Origin: an uncultured Chroococcidiopsis sp.
GTDB lineage: Bacteria; Cyanobacteriota; Cyanobacteriia; Cyanobacteriales; Chroococcidiopsidaceae
Assembly (NCBI GenBank): GCA_964248365.1
Contig: CAXTYC010000003.1
Location: forward strand, 64,001 to 128,000
Length of the DNA: 64,000 nt
Direction: 5' to 3'
Shown: one piece after another, positions 63,140 to 64,000 of the stretch
How the letters are laid out: each line of letters opens with the position of its first letter
Numbering within the stretch: the first letter of the stretch is position 1
Notes under the pieces: generated by a model
Told to the model about the DNA's origin: nothing
What the model saw: only the letters and a program-made list of their open reading frames with translations
The model's database searches: none
Translations under genes and position numbers: made by a program

Positions 63140-63464
63140 CTAATCTTTATGGTAAAGCGACGATTTGTATAGGATTTGTTCTTGATGAGTGTATAGTGTG
63201 CAGTCTGATAGCGGGTAAGCCACACAAGTAACAGTATAGCCTGCTTCTATTTCCCCCTGCCGAAGAAACTTTTGCTCACTTTGATCTACTTGTCCACTTA
63301 CCAGTTTAGCTACACATACAGAACAATCGCCCCTGCGACATCTTTGCAGGTAAGCGGATACCAGCCATCTGAGCCATGTCAAGAATATACTGATTATCTG
63401 GTACTACAATGGTCTGATCGAGAGCGATCGCGTAATTGACTAATCGGACTTTATAATCTGCCAT
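63140..63464 (-). pseudogene. Plant-type 2Fe-2S ferredoxin with a +1 frameshift (or sequencing error)
   Basis: MADYKVRL...[15 protein letters not shown] in one frame, CRRGDCSVC...TCVAYP in another; span is 325 bp (3n+1). Confidence 0.8.
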
Positions 63465-63857
63465 CGGTGGAGCATCTGATGATTACTTTTATTTAACCAA
63501 AACCGGATAATCAGCCTCATACAATAGCATATCAATCTTTAGTGAGCTACCCTAGTAGCATCGCAATTTTCCTCAATTCTTATCTATTAAGTGTGTTGTT
63601 TGACACTGACTGTTCTGGTCAAATTTAAAGTTTAGGTAAATTTTCCCTGGTGTGTTGCCAATCTATGTATATACTATCTTAATTTGGGTATAATAAATTC
63701 TGTTTACTTAAATTACGGGTGCAGGTTACTGCCAATTTACGTTAGAAATTACCTTTTATGACGAAGCTACCTAGCTATGTATTTACCGATATAGCTGATA
63801 GACTTCGACCAAGATTAACTTTCAAGCTAGGCAGTAATACATTGTTTTAGATTATTC

Positions 63858-64000
63858 ATGAAAATTGCTCTAGTCCATGATTACTTGACCCAAAGAGGTG
63901 GTGCGGAGCGGGTTTTTGAGCTGCTTTGCCAACGTTACCCCGATGCTGACATCTTTACTTCTATATATGAGCCTGAGCTAACAATTGATCTAGGGCAGCG
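63858..64000 (+). CDS. Glycosyltransferase family 4, 5' part (runs off window)
   Basis: MKIALVHDYLTQRGGAERVF...ADIFTS. Confidence 0.85.
   Translation, partial: MKIALVHDYLTQRGGAERVFELLCQRYPDADIFTSIYEPELTIDLGQ

Overview
Cyanobacterial chromosomal segment, judged from abundant HIP1 GCGATCGC octamers, heptamer tandem repeats, GTAG-type REP palindromes and phycobilisome genes. Bases 1-38.4 kb are mostly core genes: psb29 end, exbBD, tRNA-His, Mn-catalase, cbiX-cobA, the cpcBACDDEFG1G2G4 phycocyanin operon, lysC, a cph1-rcp1-hybrid kinase module, por, argZ/agrE, an amidase, pyrG, a ROK kinase and ntrC. A lone 845-aa vWA gene sits among them. Bases 38.4-57 kb are accessory and the most interesting part. 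First comes a toxin-antitoxin/Uma2 island built from nested HIP1-anchored direct and inverted repeats. It is followed by a type IV pilin glycosylation locus: two pilins, ogtA, a cassette bounded by a duplicated ogtA 3' end, a GH68-like enzyme carrying the same N-terminal TPR module as OgtA, and a GT4-GT41 fusion and a HAD protein that share a C-terminal module. The window ends with a Ser/Thr kinase-PP2C pair, rluE, a frameshifted ferredoxin and the start of a GT4 gene. All calls come from reading motifs by eye; no database searches were run.
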